DNA of 31,464 nt, filler included, from Candidatus Babelota bacterium (GTDB taxonomy: Bacteria > JAGOBX01): NCBI GenBank assembly GCA_017999075.1. It is 5 parts of 5 records of this genome, joined end to end, with 100 filler letters (N's around TTAATTAATTAA, not from the genome) between each part and the next. Parts side by side here need not be neighbours in the genome. Positions count along the whole stretch, not along the records: positions 27,944 to 31,464 come from JAGOBX010000435.1; 4 more parts are not named here. One strand, given 5' to 3'. How positions within the stretch are numbered: the first letter of the stretch is position 1; each line of letters begins with the position of its first letter. The translations under genes were made by a program, and so were the position numbers. Below the pieces are notes generated by a model. It did no database searches and had not been told where the DNA came from. It was given only the letters and a program-made list of their open reading frames with translations. Shown here in pieces: positions 28,223 to 31,464 of this stretch.

Positions 28223-28858
28223 TCATTTTTTAGTTTTTTCACAAATCAAAGTAAAATCATTTGCCAGATAATGTTCAAACAATTGAATCCGGCTTATTTT
28301 ATAAGGAAGTTCCGAATCAAGATACTCTATAATTTCAGAGGGTTTGTAATAATAAAACTTATCATTTTCTCTATCAGGAGAATGAGGATGAAGCAGGTTG
28401 ATAGAAACTGTTTTCTTTGATATGTCAAATAATGTTTTCAATGCTTTTTTGATAAACTTTTCATTATTGTCAAGTCTTAAGTTGAATGCTCCAGAAACAA
28501 TAACTATATCAAAACTATTGTTTTTGAAAGGATTATTTTTAAAAATATCGCAATGCATTATCTTTTTATCCGGATAACGTTTTCTGGATATTTCAATAAA
28601 TTTTTCAACAATATCTACTCCTGTATAAATATAATTACTTGTTTTTTTATTTAAAAATCCGACCAGATTACATAACCCGCATCCCACATCCAGAATTTTT
28701 TTCCCTGAAATATCAATTCCAGATAAAAGAACAGAAAAACGGATTTCTTGAGTTTTATTATTTTCAAAGGCAAGAATTTTGTAATCTTCATTGTGTTCTG
28801 TCAATTTTGTTTCATAAAATTTTTTTATATTTTCTAAATTATTACACTTGTTTTTCAT
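28223..28858 (-). CDS. Class I SAM-dependent methyltransferase
   Basis: ILDVGCG, YTGVDI and FDIVIVSGAFN. Confidence 0.9.
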   Translation of the reverse strand: MKNKCNNLENIKKFYETKLTEHNEDYKILAFENNKTQEIRFSVLLSGIDISGKKILDVGCGLCNLVGFLNKKTSNYIYTGVDIVEKFIEISRKRYPDKKIMHCDIFKNNPFKNNSFDIVIVSGAFNLRLDNNEKFIKKALKTLFDISKKTVSINLLHPHSPDRENDKFYYYKPSEIIEYLDSELPYKISRIQLFEHYLANDFTLICEKTKK

Positions 28859-28997
28859 AACTGTACACCATTTTATTTATATTTTTTAAATTGTAAAAAA
28901 AATTATTAATGCTTTTTTTAATATTAATTTTATATTCTTTATGTTGAAAATACAAACAAAAAATATTTACAAGTTAACATTTTTGTTATTTCAAAAT

Positions 28998-29906
28998 ATG
29001 AACAACAATTTTAAACACCTTGATATTAACGATATACCATTATTAAAAAAATTTTGTCATTCACATCAACCTTTAATTTCAGAGATTAATGCGGTAAATT
29101 TATTTATATGGAAAGATTATTATAATTATTGCTGGAAAATTTTAAATGATCATCTTATTTTGATAGGTAAAAAAACTGGCGGGACATATTTTTCATTGCA
29201 GCCAATAGGTTTGCATTGCTCAAATAAAAAAATTCTGAGAATGATCTCTGACGTTTTTAAATATGATTTTAACGAACCTGCTGTTAAAATTACGAGAGTT
29301 GAAAAAAGATTCGCTGCAGATCTTAATGCAGAAGCAAATTATTCGGTAAAACCTCTAAGAGAACATTTTGATTATGTATATTTAATTGATAAAACTATAA
29401 ATCTCCAAGGAAAAAAATTTGAAAATAAACGCAACGAAATCAATAAATTTTCAAGATATATCTCAAATCATGAATTATTTATTGATAATGTTAAAGAAAA
29501 ATATTTTGACAGCTATCTTGCAATTTCAAAAAAATGGTCTGAAGAAAACAAATCTCAAGATAATAAACAAATAGAAGCCGAATATAAAGCTATTTCAAAT
29601 GCTCTTTCAAACGCGCATTCTCTTAACTTCACAGGAACTACAATTATAATTGACGGCAAGGTTGAAGGATTTACAATTTGCGATATGCTTAATCAAAACA
29701 CAGCATTAATTCATATTCAAAAATATAACCGTTCAATTCCGGGATTATGTGTTTTTTTAACAATAAAAACTTTAAAATCATGTTATAATAATATAAAATA
29801 TTTTAACTATGAACAGGATCTTGGAATCCTCGGTCTTCAATTTTCAAAATTATCCTACCGTCCAATTTTTCTAGAAGAAAAATATGAGTTAACCAATTTT
29901 TTTTAA
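28998..29906 (+). CDS. DUF2156 / aminoacyl-phosphatidylglycerol-synthase C-terminal-like GNAT protein
   Basis: DYVY...LQGKKF..KRNEINKF, HIQK and NYEQDLGI.GL..SKLSYRP. ATG 28998 preferred over 28941. Confidence 0.85.
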   Translation: MNNNFKHLDINDIPLLKKFCHSHQPLISEINAVNLFIWKDYYNYCWKILNDHLILIGKKTGGTYFSLQPIGLHCSNKKILRMISDVFKYDFNEPAVKITRVEKRFAADLNAEANYSVKPLREHFDYVYLIDKTINLQGKKFENKRNEINKFSRYISNHELFIDNVKEKYFDSYLAISKKWSEENKSQDNKQIEAEYKAISNALSNAHSLNFTGTTIIIDGKVEGFTICDMLNQNTALIHIQKYNRSIPGLCVFLTIKTLKSCYNNIKYFNYEQDLGILGLQFSKLSYRPIFLEEKYELTNFF

Positions 29907-29940
29907 ACTTCGGCTGACTTATATTTGTTAATTATAATTT

Positions 29941-31464
29941 TTATTTAAAGCTATTGATTCCTTCTTTTGCTGTTCCGTCTGCATTGAATAACGAAAACGC
30001 TTCCCACATTTCTGAGTCAAACCATTCCGGACTCCAATAATATGCACCTTGTAAATTATCATTTTCCCTGCATAATGTCAAAAAATCATTTATCCATTTT
30101 GCTTGACCTTTTTCATTTAAATCATAATCTTTTACAGATTTATTCCATTCCGAAAATTGTCCTCCGAAATCATATTTACTGGGATATGCATATTCACATA
30201 TTATTATTTTTCTTTTTAATGAATTTGATAACTGATTTATTTTTGATTCGAAATAATCAAAACCATTTTTTTCGCTCATATTTGAAGTTGGGAAAAAAGA
30301 CAACCCCAAAAAGTCAATTTTAACATTATTTTCAAGCATAAAATTATAAAACTCAATACAAAATTTTTCATTCCACCATTGAGTTAAATGCAAAATAAAT
30401 TTCGCATTTTTATCTTCTTCTAAAATTCCTTTTTGTGCGGCCTCTATAATTTGAGCCGATTTTATCCAAATATTTTTTTTCATATACTCAAGGTTAAAAC
30501 GGTTATGCCACTCATTTTCAAATTCACCACAAATACCAAAATCAATTTCATTTCCTATTTCATACATTTGCGGGACAATTCCATTTTTCATAAACACAGA
30601 AACGACTGATTTCGAATATTCTCTAACTTCTTTGACTTTATCAGAAAACAATAATTTTTTCCATTTTTCAGGTAATGGTTGTTTAACATAATCAGACCAA
30701 TTATCGCTTAAAAATAAAACTATATATGGCGCAATATTATTTTTATTACATTCTTTGGCAATTTTTATAGCATAATCAATTGAATTTGGTCCTGTATCGC
30801 AGGTCCAAATACGCATCCGTAAAGAATTTATTCCCTTATTTTTGAATATTTCAAATATATTGTTAATCTTCTCTGATTCCCATTTTTTTCCATTTTCAAT
30901 CATTCCAATAGAATAATTAGCGTCAACGCCTGTATGAAAATTATTTTTCCAAATCAAATCTGCAAATTCAGGATGATCTATAAACGGATTTCTGTTACCC
31001 TGAATTTTATAAATTTCATTGTTGCGTTTTATTTCCCTGTTACTTACCGGATCTGCTTTATGCCATTTCATAAGCATACGTATTGCCCATGGTTCAAAAT
31101 CAAATCCATTATCCTGTATCATTTCACTTACAGAACAATTCAAACAATTTTTACCTGTAAGATAGCGCACAGCAAAATATAAATATCCTCGTGCAAAATC
31201 TCCTTTATATTCGTCTGCAGGTTCAAAAACTTCTCCGTCATATCCTAACCCTTCTCTTCCAAGTCCAGTCTTTGATATTGCCCATTCATTAAATTGTTCA
31301 CCAACCTCACCTAAGGGTTTTATTCCTTTTTGCCCATTCACATGCGCATCACCAAGTATAACATGAAACAAATCCGAATACGCGCTGTTTTTCATTCCTC
31401 CCCACCATTGTTTCGGCCAGGAATGTTCTCTTGTAAGAAAACTACCGATTTCCCCTGTTTTACC
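29941..31464 (-). CDS. Endonuclease I (His-Me finger) domain fused to a GH53 endo-beta-1,4-galactanase-like domain (5'-truncated by window edge)
   Basis: Frame open to 31464. Nuclease motifs TREHSWPKQWWGG, DLFHV...VN, FEPADEYKGDFAR and WHKADPVS..E..RN....QGNRNPFIDHPE. GH53 motifs GINSLRMRIW, SDNWSD..KQ..P..W, IGNE, ICEYAYP and GAYYWSPEW. Confidence 0.85.
   Translation of the reverse strand, partial: GKTGEIGSFLTREHSWPKQWWGGMKNSAYSDLFHVILGDAHVNGQKGIKPLGEVGEQFNEWAISKTGLGREGLGYDGEVFEPADEYKGDFARGYLYFAVRYLTGKNCLNCSVSEMIQDNGFDFEPWAIRMLMKWHKADPVSNREIKRNNEIYKIQGNRNPFIDHPEFADLIWKNNFHTGVDANYSIGMIENGKKWESEKINNIFEIFKNKGINSLRMRIWTCDTGPNSIDYAIKIAKECNKNNIAPYIVLFLSDNWSDYVKQPLPEKWKKLLFSDKVKEVREYSKSVVSVFMKNGIVPQMYEIGNEIDFGICGEFENEWHNRFNLEYMKKNIWIKSAQIIEAAQKGILEEDKNAKFILHLTQWWNEKFCIEFYNFMLENNVKIDFLGLSFFPTSNMSEKNGFDYFESKINQLSNSLKRKIIICEYAYPSKYDFGGQFSEWNKSVKDYDLNEKGQAKWINDFLTLCRENDNLQGAYYWSPEWFDSEMWEAFSLFNADGTAKEGINSFK

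Noticed and set aside
1126-31182. Many 60-110 aa ORFs antisense to or nested in long genes (e.g. 1126-1374, 3108-3398, 6067-6324, 21506-21835, 26278-26589, 30042-30323)
   Set aside because: They overlap well-supported CDSs and show no recognisable motifs; treated as shadow ORFs.

Overview
AT-rich bacterial sequence, probably a metagenome-assembled or draft genome. It consists of five contigs joined by artificial 100-bp linkers (N44-TTAATTAATTAA-N44 at 16900-16999, 20551-20650, 24200-24299 and 27844-27943), so gene neighbourhoods only count within a contig. Contig 1 (1-16899) begins with a probable defence island abutting the 3' end of a minus-strand tRNA-Leu(CAA). The island holds a type I R-M hsdS with two near-identical TRDs, a GxxExxY gene bracketed by two palindromic direct repeats, hsdR, radC, an uncharacterised PD-(D/E)xK-like protein, rhuM coupled to a UDG-superfamily-like gene, and att-arm-like tandem repeats. 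After the tRNA come core-type genes: GAF/HD-GYP, GT4, an HI0933 flavoprotein, an SDR, an alpha-oxoamine synthase and a truncated hypothetical protein. Contig 2 is a T9SS-like trio (CTD/FlgD-Ig cargo, PorV/PorQ-like barrel, FecR-like protein). Contig 3 has a CheA-like kinase lacking the CheW-like domain and a dCache/HAMP/PAS kinase. Contig 4 is a minus-strand run of cysE, response regulator, membrane protein, MCE protein, O-antigen-ligase-like protein and ldhA. Contig 5 has a SAM methyltransferase, a DUF2156 protein and an apparent Endonuclease I-GH53 fusion. All family calls come from motif recognition by eye; no database search was run.
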